Counted from the first letter of the stretch, positions 51,169 to 61,597 are shown. The stretch: DNA of 64,000 nucleotides from Longimicrobiales bacterium (GCA_965198065.1 CBDAON010000004.1:1056001-1120000); one strand, 5' to 3'. Numbers and translations: made by a program. The notes: a model not told the origin generated them from the sequence alone.

Positions 51169-52149
51169 TCACTGCGGCAACCGCTCTGTGAGGAGCGGAG
51201 CTCCCATCCGCACCTCCTCGCCCGGGCGTAGGCCCGGCACCGGCTCGGGGAGCCCATCGCCCCTGGCGCCGAGGAGGAGAACGACGGTCGAGCCCAGGTG
51301 GAACGCCATGATCTCCTCCCCGCGCTCGACCGTCCGGGGCGGATCGTAACGCCGGACCTCCGTCCCCCCTGTGCCCCTCTGGTTCGTGACTCCCCGCCCG
51401 TGCGGCCTGTTCCAAGCCGGATCAAAGGCCGCGGAGATCCGACCCACGTTGAACGCGCCCACCGCGACGAGGGCCAGGTCCAGAGACTCGTGCCCGATCA
51501 CGGCCACGAGCCGTTCGTTCTCCGGGAAGAGATCCGAGACCGAGCGGACCCAGCGGGGCCCCACCGGGAGCAGCCGTCCCGGAATGGCGCGAGCCTCGAC
51601 GAGGCGTCCCGACACCGGGGCGTGCACGCGATGGTAGTGGCGGGGGCTCAAGTAGATCGTGACGAAGAGGCCGGAGCGGAACCGCTCGGCAGCGGATGCC
51701 GCCCCGATCGACGCGGCCGCCGTCCGGCGGCCCGTCCTCTCCCCCAGCAGCGCGGCGATAGCGTAGTCGATCCCCTTGGCCTGGACCGCACGGCCATCCT
51801 CCAGGGAGCCGCACGCCCCAACGATCCCGTCCACCGGGCTCACCGGGACTGACGGGTCCTCGGGAAGCGGACGGGCTCCCGGGTGGAGCGGTCGCACGAA
51901 GAACGCCGAAAGGGACGGATAGTCGGCCGGCCGGCCCTCGCACTCGCTCAGATCGATGCCGAAAGCGCGCGCGAACGCCCGGTTCACTACCGCCTGGAAC
52001 GGTCCGGGGAGCTCCCGCTCGGCCAACCATCCCCACGCCCGAGAGAGACCGGCCAGCGGAAGACGGAGGAGGACTCGAACGGCGAAGGGATGGCGCGAGG
52101 CGTGCCTCGGAGCCCTTCTCCGGTCAGGTGGCAGAGTAACCGGCGTCAG
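51169..52149 (-). CDS. psd: Phosphatidylserine decarboxylase proenzyme (start uncertain)
   Basis: FFVRPL, SPVDG, QAKG, YLSPRHYHRVHAP, NER, VGAFNVG, LGST autocleavage motif. Confidence 0.92.
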   Translation of the reverse strand: MTPVTLPPDRRRAPRHASRHPFAVRVLLRLPLAGLSRAWGWLAERELPGPFQAVVNRAFARAFGIDLSECEGRPADYPSLSAFFVRPLHPGARPLPEDPSVPVSPVDGIVGACGSLEDGRAVQAKGIDYAIAALLGERTGRRTAAASIGAASAAERFRSGLFVTIYLSPRHYHRVHAPVSGRLVEARAIPGRLLPVGPRWVRSVSDLFPENERLVAVIGHESLDLALVAVGAFNVGRISAAFDPAWNRPHGRGVTNQRGTGGTEVRRYDPPRTVERGEEIMAFHLGSTVVLLLGARGDGLPEPVPGLRPGEEVRMGAPLLTERLPQ

Positions 52150-52166
52150 GCGGCAGAGTAACCCGC
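52123..52166. repeat. 22-bp tandem duplication of the copZ 3' end including its stop codon
   Basis: GTCAGGTGGCAGAGTAACCGGC / GTCAGGCGGCAGAGTAACCCGC, 2 mismatches. Confidence 0.85.
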
Positions 52167-52346
52167 GGAGCGGATGGCGGCCACGATCCCTTCGCGGTCG
52201 GTCCGATCCGGATTCCAGGTGACTTCGGCGCCGGTGAGATCGATGGATGCTCGCTCGACGCCGTTCACTCCGTCCAGCGCCTTCTGCACCCGCGCGATGC
52301 AGTGGTCGCAGCTCATTCCGTCGACGGCGAAGCATTCGGACTCCAT
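52146..52346 (-). CDS. CopZ-like heavy-metal chaperone (HMA domain)
   Basis: VDGMSCDHC...V..AL...GV...AI..AGY; 66 aa from ATG 52346. Confidence 0.9.
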   Translation of the reverse strand: MESECFAVDGMSCDHCIARVQKALDGVNGVERASIDLTGAEVTWNPDRTDREGIVAAIRSAGYSAA

Positions 52347-52541
52347 GGATGCACCCCCCAAGACTCCGTTCGTGAGGTCGGTGAAACCCCCGAGCCCCCG
52401 CGAAGGGTCCGGCGAGAATGGGGCCGATTTCCCCCCGCGCACGAATCCCCGACCCCACTCGCGTGTACGAGCCCTGACCATAGGGGGCGCGCGCGACGGT
52501 CTCGCTCCACGCCGGCCCCTCGCTCCCCAGGAGAAGCCCCG

Positions 52542-53582
52542 ATGCATCGAGTCCCCACCCTGCGGCGACGCTGGCGTGCGGTCGTCACCGTGCTCCCGTG
52601 GATCTTCCCCGCGGGCCTCGTGGCCCAGGCCCCCACCGTGTCGCCCGTGCTCGTCGGACGCGTGAACACGATTCGGGAGCAGACCGTCCGGGAGCACGTG
52701 GCCTTCCTGGCGTCGGACGCCCTCATGGGACGAGACACGCCCAGCCCCGGGCTCGAGAGAGCCGCCGCATACCTAGTGGCGCGATACCGGGAGTGGGGGG
52801 TCTCTCCGGCCGGCGAAGGGCAGGGCTACGTCCAGCGGTTCTCGTATCAGGACGGGAGCGTCCCGAACGTGCTCGCGATGATTCCGGGACGGGACCCGCA
52901 GCTCCGTAACGAATACGTCGTGCTGAGCGCGCACCTGGACCACGTGGGCGTGGGAATCCCGGTCCAGCGCGATTCCATCTACAACGGCGCCGACGACAAC
53001 GCCTCGGGCACGGCAGCGCTGCTGGAGGTCGCGCGGGCCCTCGCCTCGCTCCCGGAGTCGGATCGGCCCCACCGCACGGTGATCTTCGCGCACGTGAGCG
53101 GCGAGGAGAAAGGGCTCCTTGGCTCTGCGTGGTGGGTGGACCATCCTACGGTCCCCATCCAGAACGTCGTGGCCGACGTGAACGTGGACATGGTCGGCGG
53201 CGACGCTCACCCCGACACAGTCGCGGCCCTCGGAGGCGAGTTCTCCTCCCTCGGGCCGCTGATCCGACAGGTAGCCGTGCGGCTTCCGGAGCTCGGGCTC
53301 ACAGTCTCGGGAGACCTGTGGCCGCAGGAGGGGCTCTTCTTCCGCTCCGACCAGTTCAGCTTCATGCGGAGGGAGATCCCGGCGCTATTCATCTTCAACG
53401 GGCTTCACGAGTGCTACCACCGCCCGTGCGACGACATCGACTTCGTGAGCATCCAGAAGATCGTCAGGGTGGCGCGGCTGATCGCGCACACCGTGGTCGA
53501 GATCGCGAACCAGGACGCGGGCCCGAGCTGGAACCCCGGCGCGCTCGACGAGGTGCGCCGGATCACGTCGTTCGGGGGTTAG
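52542..53582 (+). CDS. Secreted M28 family metallopeptidase
   Basis: Signal peptide, SAHLDH, NGADDNASG, GEEKGLLGS, NVDM, RSD, YH. Confidence 0.93.
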   Translation: MHRVPTLRRRWRAVVTVLPWIFPAGLVAQAPTVSPVLVGRVNTIREQTVREHVAFLASDALMGRDTPSPGLERAAAYLVARYREWGVSPAGEGQGYVQRFSYQDGSVPNVLAMIPGRDPQLRNEYVVLSAHLDHVGVGIPVQRDSIYNGADDNASGTAALLEVARALASLPESDRPHRTVIFAHVSGEEKGLLGSAWWVDHPTVPIQNVVADVNVDMVGGDAHPDTVAALGGEFSSLGPLIRQVAVRLPELGLTVSGDLWPQEGLFFRSDQFSFMRREIPALFIFNGLHECYHRPCDDIDFVSIQKIVRVARLIAHTVVEIANQDAGPSWNPGALDEVRRITSFGG

Positions 53583-56500
53583 GGGGCGCTCGCTGGTACC
53601 GTCCGCCCGGGAACAAGAAACGCCAGCAGGGTCGTGATCCGGTCTCGCGGGACGCCCTCGACGCGGACGAGAGCCCGGGCGTACGCCTCCATCTGCGGTG
53701 AGTAGAAGGCGACCCTCTCGTCGAGGGCGCCCTCGTCCTCTGGGGCTACGTCGTCCGTCTTCCAGTCCACGACCAGGAGCCGATCCCCCGCTGGATCCGG
53801 AATCCGGACGACTCGGTCCACCGATCCTCGAAGGAGGCGGTCGCCGTCCCGCGCCACGAACGGGAGCTCGCGCTCGACGCGCGTGCCCTCGGGGAACGCG
53901 CTCCGGGTCAGGAGAGCCCGGATCTCCGGGGCCTCGAGCCAGCGGCGGAAGTCCGCGAGCAGCGCGTGCGGGTCGCGGAGCGCTGGAGCACGCTCCAAAG
54001 CACAGCCCAGGAAGGTCTTGTCGTCCGGGATCCCGTCCTCGAGCCACCCGATGGTCTCAAGCCACGCGTGGGCGGCCGTTCCCACCTCGAGCACCTCGCG
54101 GCCGGGATTCAGGAGGCGGTCGAGAGCGATCCGGCCACCCCCCTCGAGCTGGGAGGGCGCTTGCCAAGCAAGGTGCCTTCGGCGTGCGGCCCGGGAGAGG
54201 CGGAGCGGCTCCGCCGGGCCTGCCTCGTGCAGCGCCCCGCCGGACCGCTTCCGGAGGAGGGCAGCGACCTTCGGCTCCTTCCACCACTCCGGTACCCCCT
54301 CTTCCATCGGGACGGCTCCCACGGGGGCGGCGGCCCCCGGCGCCACCGCGGCTCGGAGCAACCGTGCGGCCGTCTTTGCCGTCGAGCGGCCCTCGGAATC
54401 CGGCTTCACGTACACGTAGACCGCATACCGGGCCCGGGTCAGACCCACGTAGAGGCTGCTCAGCGCGTCCCTCACGTCCCGCTCGCGGGCCTGCGCCACG
54501 GCCTCGTCCACCTGCGGGAAGAGGGGCAGCGCGGACTTTACGGGACGAGGGAAGACCCGAACCACCGGGCCCGTGCCGTCCGCACGGTAGGGGAGGTAGG
54601 GATCCGTTCCCTCTCCGCCCACCCAGAGGGCGTCCAGCTCGGGCAGGACGACCGCGTCGAACTCGAGCCCCTTCGCCCGCCAGAGCGTCATGACGCGCAC
54701 CGCCGACGCGGCCGGGTCCTCGGCTCGGACTTTCTTCACCATGCGCGCGAAATCGGAGGGTCGGAGGGTCGCCCGCTCCTCCCATCGGAAGGCCTGCTCC
54801 GTGAGCTGGCGGAGCCGCCGGCGATCCCGCTCGGGAAAACGCGGGGAGAGCTCCCTCACCCACCCCGAGATCACCCGGCCGTAACCTTCTTCGACCAGGC
54901 GCTCGCGCACCTCGCGTGAAACCCGGGCGGCCTGGGCGTCGTCCTGCCACGCGTCGGGGCCGAAGCCGACGAGCTCTCCCACCGCGGTCATGGCGACCAG
55001 GTATCTGGAGATCCGGTCCCCCGGATGGTCGGCGAGGCGTAGGAGGGCGAGGAGCGAGAGCACCGGACCCGAGTCGGCCACGGGGACTCCGCCTTCCTCA
55101 CTCGCCTCCAGGCCCAGCTCCCGGAGCCGGGCGATCAGGTGGGCCCCAGCCCGGTTCGTCCGCGTGAGCACCCCAATCGTGGCGTCGGGCGCCTGGTCGT
55201 GCAGCGCCTTTACCCGGGCGGCCGCGTGATCGAGCAACCGGGGGAACTCCTTCCCGCGGCCGCCGGGGTCCTCCTCGGGACCGACCTCGAGGCGAACGTA
55301 GCCCGGGAGGCCGTGTGCGGAGAGATGGGGCTCGAAGGACCGCGCCCAGCTCCGACCGAGCTCCTCCACGCCCTCCAGCACCGGGTTCGAGGCGATCCCC
55401 TCGAAGACGTGGTTCACGACGCCCAGCACCACCGGAGAGGACCGGTAGCTCTTCGCCATAGTCAGGGGCTCGAGCGCGTAGCGGGAAGCGACTGCCTCGA
55501 GGATCCGGGGCTCGCCCCCACGCCAGCCGTAGATCGACTGCTTCGGATCCCCCACCAGGAACGCGGCCTGCTCGCCCTCGTATCCCGACAGGATCTCGCC
55601 CACGATGGGCTCGAGCGCGGCCCATTGGGCGTTCGACGTGTCCTGGAACTCGTCGATCAGGACGTGGCGAACCCTACCGTCCAGGCGATAGAAGAGCTCG
55701 TCCCCGTGGACCAGCGCTCGGGCCCGGGCCAGGAAGTGGATCAGGTCGTCGAAGGAGTAGCGGCCCTCCCCTCGGGCCAGAGCCTCGAGCCGGCGGTCGT
55801 ACTCGGGAAGAAAGCGCCCGAGCGCCCGGAGGCGCCCCTGGTAGGACGCCGCGAGGGCGGCCCGGGCCCCATCGATCAGGCCGCGGTAGACCGCTTGGAG
55901 GGGCACCGGAATCGGCTTTCCTCGGTAGGCATCCCTTCCCTCCATGAGCGCCCTGGCGATCCCGCCCTTCAGGAACTCGCCCCACTCCCGTTTTCGCAGC
56001 CGATCGACGGCCTTGTCCCGAGCCTCATCCCAGAGCTTGTCGGGAATGCCCTTGGCCGTGAGCGGAACCGCAGCCGCCTGAAGAACGTCCACGAGCTCGG
56101 CGACCCCGCGATCCTCCTCCTCCGCGAACGGCGCGACATCTCCCAGAGACCCCCAGGGATCCGCGACCGCGGGATCCAGCTCCCGGTAGATGAGGTGAAG
56201 GGCCTTCACTCCGTCGCGGAGCGTCGAGTGCACGTCACGGTCCGCGTCCCCGCGCCCTACGAGGCGAACCAGCTCGAGGAGCTGCCTGTTGTCCGCGCGA
56301 GCGAGAACGCCCTCGATAGCGTCGGAACGCATGCGATCCTGGTCCGCCTCGTCCGCGACCGTCCACGAGCGGGGCAGGCCCAGCTCGAGCGCGAACGAGC
56401 GGGCCACCCGGTGGAAGAACGCGTCCAGGGTGTGGACGTGGAGCCGGTGGAGCCCCCGCACGGTTCGCTCGAGCAGAGCTCCGAGCCCCTCGGGTCCGAG

Positions 56501-56779
56501 GCCGTCCCGCGGCACATCGGGCGGGAGCGAGCGCACGAGATCCCGAGCGGCCGCGGGGTCCTCGACCGCCTCGGCCAGACGCAGGAGGACGCGTTCGACG
56601 ATCTCACCGGCCGCCTTCCGGGTGAACGTGGACGCCAGGATCTCCTCGGGGGGGATCCCGATCGCGAGGAGCCCGATCAGCCGAGAGGAGAGCCGGTACG
56701 TCTTCCCCGAGCCGGCCGATGCGAGGACCAGCTCCTTTCCCAGGACGGGGCCGGGCGCCACGTCGAAGAGGTCAAGCAT
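53579..56779 (-). CDS. AddA-like UvrD helicase with C-terminal PD-(D/E)xK nuclease
   Basis: ASAGSGKT, TFTRKAA, IDEFQDT, VGDPKQSIYGWRGG, SYRS, KGLEF, YVGLTRAR, GSVDR...VDWKT...Q..AY. Confidence 0.9.
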   Translation of the reverse strand: MLDLFDVAPGPVLGKELVLASAGSGKTYRLSSRLIGLLAIGIPPEEILASTFTRKAAGEIVERVLLRLAEAVEDPAAARDLVRSLPPDVPRDGLGPEGLGALLERTVRGLHRLHVHTLDAFFHRVARSFALELGLPRSWTVADEADQDRMRSDAIEGVLARADNRQLLELVRLVGRGDADRDVHSTLRDGVKALHLIYRELDPAVADPWGSLGDVAPFAEEEDRGVAELVDVLQAAAVPLTAKGIPDKLWDEARDKAVDRLRKREWGEFLKGGIARALMEGRDAYRGKPIPVPLQAVYRGLIDGARAALAASYQGRLRALGRFLPEYDRRLEALARGEGRYSFDDLIHFLARARALVHGDELFYRLDGRVRHVLIDEFQDTSNAQWAALEPIVGEILSGYEGEQAAFLVGDPKQSIYGWRGGEPRILEAVASRYALEPLTMAKSYRSSPVVLGVVNHVFEGIASNPVLEGVEELGRSWARSFEPHLSAHGLPGYVRLEVGPEEDPGGRGKEFPRLLDHAAARVKALHDQAPDATIGVLTRTNRAGAHLIARLRELGLEASEEGGVPVADSGPVLSLLALLRLADHPGDRISRYLVAMTAVGELVGFGPDAWQDDAQAARVSREVRERLVEEGYGRVISGWVRELSPRFPERDRRRLRQLTEQAFRWEERATLRPSDFARMVKKVRAEDPAASAVRVMTLWRAKGLEFDAVVLPELDALWVGGEGTDPYLPYRADGTGPVVRVFPRPVKSALPLFPQVDEAVAQARERDVRDALSSLYVGLTRARYAVYVYVKPDSEGRSTAKTAARLLRAAVAPGAAAPVGAVPMEEGVPEWWKEPKVAALLRKRSGGALHEAGPAEPLRLSRAARRRHLAWQAPSQLEGGGRIALDRLLNPGREVLEVGTAAHAWLETIGWLEDGIPDDKTFLGCALERAPALRDPHALLADFRRWLEAPEIRALLTRSAFPEGTRVERELPFVARDGDRLLRGSVDRVVRIPDPAGDRLLVVDWKTDDVAPEDEGALDERVAFYSPQMEAYARALVRVEGVPRDRITTLLAFLVPGRTVPASAP

Positions 56780-59651
56780 CGGGGGGGCTCACCTCCTCGT
56801 CGAGCCGGAGGACGCCCCCGCCCACCACCGGCGCAAGAGGATGGTCGGGATCGATACGGGACGTCCTCGAGTCGTACGGGAAGCGGTTCCGGCGCAGCAG
56901 GCGCACGACCTCCCGGGCGCGCTCGATGGCCTCGTCCAGCTCGGCCGGGGTCCATTCCGCCCAGGACGGGCCCAAGAGCACGGGATCGCGGGGCAGGGCG
57001 AGGTACCCGACCCGGAGAGACCCCAACGCGGAGGTCGGCAGGAGCGGGACGCCGTCCAGCCGGAGAGACGGCGCCAGGTGGCGGTAGAGGGGGAGTTGGA
57101 GGTCGACCCACTCCCTGGCGCTCGCCCGGCCCTTTCGATGGACTTGTTCCGGGGAGCGGGGCCGCTCGCTCGTCTTGTAGTCGAAGATGCACCACTCTCC
57201 CGTCCGCTCGTTCTCGTCTAAACGGTCGACCTTGCCCGTGAGCGTGATCGGACGGCCGTCCACCCCCAGGGTCGCGCCCTCGCCCTCGAGCGGGAGCTCG
57301 GCGGCTCGGATTCGCCAGCCTTCGGCCCACCATTCCGCCTGCCACCGCGCGAACGCGTGCAAGCGGCGGCGGAGCTGCTCCACCTGGACCGCGACGGCGG
57401 GAAGGGGCCGAGCTCCGTACCGCGCCCCTGCCTCCGCGTCCAGCGCCGCGTCCAGGGCCGCTCGGATTCCGGGCTCGTGGGACAGCTCCCTGGTCTCCTC
57501 CCGGCCGTAGCGGCAGAGCACTTCGTGCGCGAGCGTCCCGAACAGGAGCGGATCCAGCTCCCGCGACCCGTCGTCTACTTCGTCCAGCTTCAGGATGCGC
57601 TCCAACGCGTAGAGGTAGGGATCCGCGAGGAGGCCGCGAAAAGCCGTCACGGCGATACGATCGGGAGGCTCGGGAGCCGAGAGGACGGGCTCGGGCGGGA
57701 GCTCGAGCGGCCGGCCTTCCGCGCTCGCGATCGGGCGAACGGGCCGCTCTCCGGCCCTCTCGAGGAACAGCCGGATCCGGCGGGCCGCCACCCGCGGCTC
57801 GTCGGCCAGGAGGAGGCGCGATATGTGGAGCGGGTTTCCATCTCCGTCCTGGAGGCCCGCCACGAAGAGGGCGTCGGGCCGCGTGGCGAGGATCGTCTTT
57901 GCGTAGAGCAGGTCGCGAGCCCAGCGCCTGCGGTTGTCCAGGAGGCCGAGCGCCTCTTGGAGCGCGTGCGGGAGGAACGGATCGAAGGTGACGGACTCCG
58001 GCAGGTGAGGCTCGTTCGCGCCCGTGACCACGAGGACGGGCGCGTCGTCCAGCGCCAGCTCGAGCCAGCCGAGCAGCTCGACGGCCGCCTCGTCCGCCGG
58101 GGGAGGCACCGCCTGCCCCGCCAGCTCCCCCAGGACCGTACGGACCGCCTCGGTCCCCGAGGCCCTCTCGTCCAGCACCCGGGCCACGGCCGGCACCTCC
58201 GCGAGCCCCTCCAGGCCCGCCAGGATCTCGCCGATCCCCTCCATCACCTCGGCCAGCTCCCGGTCCCGTTCGTCCCCGGGCCGGAGGGTCCGATCTGCGT
58301 AGACGGACAGGAGAAACGCCCGGATCGGCTCCGCCCAGGCAGACAGGGGCCGCGTCCCTTCCAGGGAGCGGAGGAGCTTGAGGACGTCGTTCCTGATACG
58401 ACGGAGGGCCGGGGCCGGGCCGTCGCTCACTCGCTCCCCGCCGTCGGGCAGCCGATCCTCCGAACGTCCAGGACGGGACGGCAGGTGAAGGGCGTGGTAC
58501 CGATCCGAGACTCCCCCCGGGGACGCGAGCCCCACGGCTCGCTCCACGTCGGGCTGTCGCAGAAGGTCGGCGAACGCCCGATAGTCCCCCCGCTCGAGGA
58601 GCTCCGCGACCCCCGCCAGGAGGCGGAAGGGGCCCGTACGTTCGACGGGGCGCCCCTCCGCGTAGCGGGTCCGGATCCCCTCCTCCTCCAGGCGCTCGAC
58701 CACGTACGGGATCACGTCCCGATCGGGAACACCGATCGTGACGTCCTCGGCGGACCTGCCGCGGGCCGTACGCCGCAGGTGCTCCATCACCACGTCCGCC
58801 TGCTCGGCGGGGGCGGTCACCACCCGCACGGCCGTGTCCGGAACGCTGGCCCGCTCCTCCTCCCACGCCTCGGGGACGAGACACCCCAGAGAGTCGAAGC
58901 CGGACCCGAGGGCCCGGGGCGCTCCAACGAGGATCCGGACGGGCTTCGTCGTCCGGACGGCGCTGAGGAAGGCCCGCGCTATCGGCGTGAGGTCGGGCGC
59001 GCCGATCACCCAGAGGCTCGCGGCCGTCTCCACCCGATCCTCCCGAAGCGCCGTCCGGCGTGCCGCCTCCCGATCCAACCAGCCCCCGGCCTCGAGGAGC
59101 CGATGGTACTCCCGCTCGGCCCTCGCCAGCACGTCCCAGCGCGCGTCGTCCGCGAAGAGGAGGCCGCTCCGGCACTTCTCCCTGACGTCGCGGAAGGCGA
59201 GACCTGCCGCCGATACCCTCTCGTGGAGATCGCGGACCGTCTCGGCCAGGGAGCGCCGGGCGGCATCCGGATCGAAGCCCGGTTGCGGAGGGGCGAGGAT
59301 CTGGAGCTCCTCGGGCTTGAGCGAGGCCACCGCCCGGCGCCAGGCGGCCCCGGCCACGACCGGGCCGGGCGGAGGGCGACCCGGTGAGTACAGGTGCTCG
59401 GGGAGCCTCCCCACCGTTGTGACCCGCGGGGGCCGGAGCGCCATCCCCCGAGCCTCCGCCCTTTCGAGCAGGATCTCGATCAGCCGGCGAGCGGCGCGGG
59501 CGGCAGGGAGAGCGACCAGGCAACTCGAGAGATCGGCCACCGGCGCGGCCTCGAAGAGGACGTCCGCGGCCGAGTCGAGGATCGGCCCTTCCCACCCGAG
59601 GTACGTGAGGTGGCACTCGGCCCGCTCGGACGTTTCCTTAGATTGGGCCAC
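56772..59651 (-). CDS. AddB-like inactive helicase scaffold with PD-(D/E)xK nuclease
   Basis: 959 aa, no Walker A, FGTLAHEVL, GKVDRLD, IFDYKT, QLPLY; overlaps the AddA-like gene. Confidence 0.85.
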   Translation of the reverse strand: MAQSKETSERAECHLTYLGWEGPILDSAADVLFEAAPVADLSSCLVALPAARAARRLIEILLERAEARGMALRPPRVTTVGRLPEHLYSPGRPPPGPVVAGAAWRRAVASLKPEELQILAPPQPGFDPDAARRSLAETVRDLHERVSAAGLAFRDVREKCRSGLLFADDARWDVLARAEREYHRLLEAGGWLDREAARRTALREDRVETAASLWVIGAPDLTPIARAFLSAVRTTKPVRILVGAPRALGSGFDSLGCLVPEAWEEERASVPDTAVRVVTAPAEQADVVMEHLRRTARGRSAEDVTIGVPDRDVIPYVVERLEEEGIRTRYAEGRPVERTGPFRLLAGVAELLERGDYRAFADLLRQPDVERAVGLASPGGVSDRYHALHLPSRPGRSEDRLPDGGERVSDGPAPALRRIRNDVLKLLRSLEGTRPLSAWAEPIRAFLLSVYADRTLRPGDERDRELAEVMEGIGEILAGLEGLAEVPAVARVLDERASGTEAVRTVLGELAGQAVPPPADEAAVELLGWLELALDDAPVLVVTGANEPHLPESVTFDPFLPHALQEALGLLDNRRRWARDLLYAKTILATRPDALFVAGLQDGDGNPLHISRLLLADEPRVAARRIRLFLERAGERPVRPIASAEGRPLELPPEPVLSAPEPPDRIAVTAFRGLLADPYLYALERILKLDEVDDGSRELDPLLFGTLAHEVLCRYGREETRELSHEPGIRAALDAALDAEAGARYGARPLPAVAVQVEQLRRRLHAFARWQAEWWAEGWRIRAAELPLEGEGATLGVDGRPITLTGKVDRLDENERTGEWCIFDYKTSERPRSPEQVHRKGRASAREWVDLQLPLYRHLAPSLRLDGVPLLPTSALGSLRVGYLALPRDPVLLGPSWAEWTPAELDEAIERAREVVRLLRRNRFPYDSRTSRIDPDHPLAPVVGGGVLRLDEEVSPPDA

Positions 59652-59683
59652 CCCGCCCTCGCACCCTCCGCGCCGAGGCCGCC

Positions 59684-60037
59684 GTGCGTAACCTGATCGT
59701 ACGACTCTTCGTGAACGCCGTGGCCCTCTGGGTCTCCGCGCGCCTGGTGGGCGGCATCGAGCTTGCCGGAAGTTTCTCGGAGGTGCTCCTGGTCGCCGCG
59801 GTGTTCGGGATCGTGAACGCGCTGCTCAAGCCGCTCGTCGTCCTTCTCTCCCTCCCCTTCCTGATCCTCACGCTCGGCCTCTTCGCGCTCGTCATCAACG
59901 CGTCGATGCTGATGCTCACGGCTGCGCTCGTGGATTCGCTCGTGGTCGAGGGGTGGTGGGCGGCGCTGGTGGGGAGCGTGCTTGTCTCGCTCGTGAGCCT
60001 TCTCTTCTCAATCATGCTCCCGGATGCGCGGGACTGA
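59684..60037 (+). CDS. 4-TM phage holin superfamily IV / YvlD-like membrane protein
   Basis: NALLKP..LLSLP..ILTLGLF.LVINA signature; no phage context. Confidence 0.85.
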   Translation: MRNLIVRLFVNAVALWVSARLVGGIELAGSFSEVLLVAAVFGIVNALLKPLVVLLSLPFLILTLGLFALVINASMLMLTAALVDSLVVEGWWAALVGSVLVSLVSLLFSIMLPDARD

Positions 60038-60053
60038 AGCGCTCGTCCAGGCC

Positions 60054-61442
60054 CTACGCCCGACCCGCCTCCGCAGTCGGTACCGGCTGCGGCTGGACGC
60101 GTTCGTCCTCGCCGTAGTGGCGGTACTTCCAGCCTAGCCACAGCGCGAGCCCGAGCCAGGCCGCCGAGAACGGGACCATCACCCACGCGATAGCCGCCAG
60201 GGAGAGCCCCATCCACGTCATGAGCGCGCTCTGCGACCAGATGCCCACCTGGTCCCCGAAGCGGTAGACCGCCGTGTCGTTGAAGTTCTTCGACTTGAAC
60301 TTGTCCACCCTCGGAACGACCGTGTAGAGGACCTCCCTCGCGGGACGCTGCACCGAGAAGTTCGCGGCCCGTCGGAAGACCTGGAACGCGACCACAACCG
60401 AGAGGACGGAAGCGAACCCCAGGATCCCGAACCCGATCAGGCTCACCAGGGGGAGGAAAGCCAGCGAGAGCCCGATCCCGAACCACTTGAGGATGCGCCC
60501 CGTGAGGAAGAGCTGGGTGATCAGGGTGAGGCTCTGCACCGCCATCTCCATCACAGCGAAGAGGCGGATCGAGCCCTCGGGATTCCCCTCGTAAGCGGTC
60601 TCGACGATCGCGATGAGGTGCACGTAGAGGAACGTGGACACGACCGTGAAGAAGACCATGAGGCCCGCGACTCCGAGCAGGTAGGGGGACTTCGCCACGT
60701 GGCGGATCCCCTCCAGGAGCCCGCCCCCGATCACCTCCTGCTGGCGCTGCTCCGGGGCGACGACCTCCGGCAAGGTTCCCGATACGATCTCGCGGTCTCT
60801 CTCCGCCACGTCGTAGACCTTCTTCTCGTGCCGCTCCAGCATCTTCGACGCCCGCCCCGCTCCCTCGAGTAGGACGGCGGAGACGAGGAGCAGGTTTACC
60901 GGCCCCAGGAACGACACGAAGAACGCAGTGATGGAGGACCCGGTGAGCGCCCCGATCGTGCCCCCCACCGCCACCATCCCAAAGAGCCGCTTCCCCTGCG
61001 CGGGGCGGAAGACGTCCGTGAGGAAGGACCAGAACACGGACACCACGAAGAGGTTGAAGACGCTCGTCCACATATAGAAGAGCCGTCCCACCCAGACGCT
61101 CGGGACGATGTCGGCGGCCCGGAAAAGCAGGAAGAAGACGACCAGGTTCAGGATGAAGAACCGGTAGATCCACGGAACGAACACGCGGCGCGGATAGCGC
61201 CCGACGAGAGCCGTGAAGACCGGGTGGACGAGGAGCATCCCGATGAGCGTGCCCGTGAAGAGCCACGGGAGCGTCGTCGCCCCGCTCTCGACTCCCATCT
61301 GGTCACGGATAGGCCGGATGACGTAGTAGGCCGCGAGAACAAGGAAGAAGTACGCGAACGACCAGAGAAGGGCGGCGACCTCCTCGTCCCGGACGTCGAT
61401 CGTGCGCCGGAGCAGGTTCCCCACGGCGGTGCTCAAGGCCAT
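60054..61442 (-). CDS. MFS-fold NTP/NDP exchange (AAA-family-like) transporter
   Basis: YYVIRPIRD, FNLFVVSVFWS, KRLFG, RPAREVLYT, KFKSKNFNDTAVYRFGD. Confidence 0.85.
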   Translation of the reverse strand: MALSTAVGNLLRRTIDVRDEEVAALLWSFAYFFLVLAAYYVIRPIRDQMGVESGATTLPWLFTGTLIGMLLVHPVFTALVGRYPRRVFVPWIYRFFILNLVVFFLLFRAADIVPSVWVGRLFYMWTSVFNLFVVSVFWSFLTDVFRPAQGKRLFGMVAVGGTIGALTGSSITAFFVSFLGPVNLLLVSAVLLEGAGRASKMLERHEKKVYDVAERDREIVSGTLPEVVAPEQRQQEVIGGGLLEGIRHVAKSPYLLGVAGLMVFFTVVSTFLYVHLIAIVETAYEGNPEGSIRLFAVMEMAVQSLTLITQLFLTGRILKWFGIGLSLAFLPLVSLIGFGILGFASVLSVVVAFQVFRRAANFSVQRPAREVLYTVVPRVDKFKSKNFNDTAVYRFGDQVGIWSQSALMTWMGLSLAAIAWVMVPFSAAWLGLALWLGWKYRHYGEDERVQPQPVPTAEAGRA

Positions 61443-61597
61443 CCTCCCTGGCTGCGGGTTCGACGGGCACGGCCGCGCTCCACGGGCGTCGAACCTACCC
61501 AGATTGTCGATCGGAAGGCGTTCCTGCCAGGGGGAGCCGCGCGGGGAGGAGCAGGCGGCTCTCTACGGGTCCCGAGTCAAGGGCACAGGGCCCGTCG

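Noticed and set aside
59684..60037. Holin-like gene as evidence of a prophage
   Set aside because: This 4-TM family is common in non-phage contexts, and no endolysin or structural genes are nearby.
60054..61442. Nucleotide transporter as evidence of energy parasitism
   Set aside because: Related transporters occur in free-living bacteria, and the window encodes ATP synthase and biosynthetic genes. Substrate cannot be inferred from sequence alone.
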